DNA of 64,000 bases from Crinalium sp. (GTDB taxonomy: Bacteria > Cyanobacteriota > Cyanobacteriia > Elainellales > Elainellaceae). Numbering within the stretch: the first letter of the stretch is position 1; each line of letters begins with the position of its first letter. The position numbers and the translations under genes were made by a program. Below, piece after piece: positions 53,101 to 56,100 of the stretch. Below the pieces are notes generated by a model that saw nothing but the letters and a program-made list of their open reading frames with translations, was not told where the DNA came from and did no database searches. The stretch covers positions 3,822 to 67,821 of the forward strand of contig DATNPS010000014.1 of assembly GCA_036703095.1 (NCBI GenBank), in the 5' to 3' direction.

Positions 53101-56100
53101 GTTGGAGTGGGCAGAAGAATGCGATCGCCTTCCAGGTCAACCTGAATATCATTCTGGGCAGTAAAACTCGTTCCCATCTGTACGAAGCGGTGTTCACCTC
53201 GACCATCGCTGGTGAGATCAATAGCCGCTCCGCCGGGAATTGCTGTAAGTTGAATTGCCGTATCGCTAATCCGCTTAACGTAGTACGTATTGCCAAACGT
53301 AAGCCCCCCAATAGCGGGATTACTGCCAGCGTCGTAGCGAACTTGTGCGCCATCTGTCAGGGTGTGAGCGGTGCTAAAGATAATTTGGTCTTGTGCTGCA
53401 TCGACAGCCTGTTGCCCCGCAGAGGCAAAGCTCCACGTAGGCATCAGGCGGAAGCCATCCCCACTGCCTGGATTGGAGAGAGTCACGAAGCGTCCTGCGT
53501 TCAGATCTGCCTCGGTTTCTGCAAACTGGATGCGCCCCTGAGAATCTACTTTGACAACATAAAGATGCTCTTGCGCAACGCTATAGACCTGAGGTTGAGT
53601 GGAATAGGGAATCGCTGTAATGCCCCCGATGGGAGACTGAGCATTCACTGCATTGGGATCAAGTTGCACCATCACGGCTTGCCCAGTCTTGAGGCCGTGG
53701 GCATAGTTTAGTTTTAAGGTGGTGCTGTTGACAAAGGTGATATCTGATTTAGCGTGAAAATCGAGTAGGCTGCGATCCGCAGTGCCGTTGCTGTAGCGTT
53801 CGATCAGGGTAAACGTTTGGGTACCCGTACCAGGAGTAGTGAGATCGAGAGCACGGTTTGCCAGGGCATCACTGCGAGTTTTCGCCAGCTTGATGACAGT
53901 ATCACTGACGCGAATGACATAGTACGGATACACCTCTGTGCTCGTTTGCAATGCGTCGAACGTACCGCCCATTGGGTCGCCATTCACTGCATCGTAGTAC
54001 TGAATTTTGTCTCCTGTATTGAGATAGTGCGTACCCGTGAATGTGATGGTTTCGTTGGTGATGTCAACACTGCCAGAAGCATTTTGGGTGGGGAAACTGA
54101 CGACTGGCCGCAGGGCATGAAGTCCTACGCTGTCAGACGTGAGGTTAATCACTGAACCACCTGTGAGCGATCGCAGCCTTACCGCTGTTGGACTAACCAC
54201 CTCAACGAAATACTCCTGACCATTCACCAACCCACCGATCGCCGGATTGGTGCCCGCATCATAAACCACACGGCTCAAGTTGGTGAAACCGTGAGGTGTA
54301 TTGAAGAGAATCAGCTCTTGCTGAAGATCAACATGGATCTGGTTGGTTGCGCCGAACTCGACTACGGGTTTCAGTTGTTGAACTCCACTTCCCGCACTGG
54401 TCAGGTCAATCACAGTTCCGTCCAGACCCGCCAATTGGATAGTTTGGCTATCAACTACGACAACCTTATACGCCTGTCCATCTACTAAGCCACCGATCGC
54501 TGTATTGCCACTTCCGGCGGTGTAAATAACCGTTTGCCCATTCGCGAAGCTGTGGTTCTGGTACAGGTTGAGGCGATCGCCCACCACATCTACGAAATCT
54601 TCGTTAAACGCATATCCATCTACCGTTGCGCTGATGGACTTCACGACAGCATTTTGAGCTTCTAATTGCGCTTTGGCGATCGCCAACTGAGTACGCATCT
54701 GTTGATACAGCGTTTCGCTGATGGTCGTCTGCTGCTCGTCTAACAGAACGGGATTGACCGATACAGCGGATGAAAGCCCTGTTGCACCGGGAGTTTGCTG
54801 CGTAAACAGTTCAAGCGAGAAATCGCCTCCAAATGCCAACGCTCCTGCCACATTTGCATCAACTCTGCCCTCAACCCGCAGCTGGTTTTCCTGCCCCTGT
54901 GTAAAGACAACCGGGAACTGTCTCCCATCTCCCAACGTAATGAACTCATTGACGGTGCTACCTGCGCGGTTCAGCCGAATGGCCAGCGAACCTTCAACCG
55001 TTAGATCCGTCGCGCCAGTCACCGATCCGGAACCGTTGGCAACCACCGCGTAGCGACTGCCATCGCCGTTGTAAATCACCAATCCCAAATCGCCATTGCT
55101 GAGTTTGACCCCGGTTTCCTGACTGGTACCCTCTGCGGCTCCCACAAATGCCTGGATTCCCGTAGCCGCAATGCGTAGCGGATCGCTGCCATTTTCAGCG
55201 GGATCAAATGCGAATCCAGTGCCTTTGACATAGCCAATCCCTTCTAAGCCCAGTTCAAAGCTGCCAGTAGAGACCGTCGTCGTGTTCTGATCACCACTGA
55301 CATTGACCTGATTCACAGCCAGCGTCAAACCAGAAATGCCCACGAGAGCAGCATTGGCGTTAGTCAGGGTGTAGGTATAGGTCTGGTTATTGGCAACAGT
55401 AACGGTGAACGTCGCGTTGGTGATTGACAGTCCTTTATCGTCCGTTAGGGTTTCGGTGTTTGCACCATAGCCGAGCAGGGCTGAAGCGTTGAGTGCGCTG
55501 AGCGTAAAGGGTTGACCTTCCTGAAGGTTAAATGCCAGCCCATCTCCCTTCACCCGCGCCACATTGCCCACGCCCAGCGCAAAGGCATCCATGCTAACGG
55601 AGAGGTTCGTGCGATCGCCTGCCACACTTACTCCACCAGCCTGTACGTCTAATCCGGGAACCCCAGAAACAGCAATATCGGCATTGTCTAGCCGATACTC
55701 ATAGCTATTATTGGCTTGGAGCACAAGGTCAAGGTCGGCATGGCTAATCGCTAACCCTATATCGTCGTTGGGATCAGGATTGGTGACGTTGTATCCAGCG
55801 GCGGCAGAGAGGTTTCGCCCCTTAAATTTGACGGTTTGATCCGTACCCATTCGCTCAACCGCAAACTCTAACGATGCTCCACTCAGTGCAATAAGATTGC
55901 CCAACTGCAACTGAGCATTCTGCAAATTGAAGCTTGTGTGATCTCCATCCCCATTAGCAATTACTGCATCAGCAGAAACGCTCACTCCGGTCATACCGCG
56001 AGTGGTGATGTGACCGGACTGGAGGCTGTAGGAGTAAGTGCGATCGCCTTTCAGCAACAGATCTAGATTGACATTGCTGATCGCTAAACCAATGTCATCG

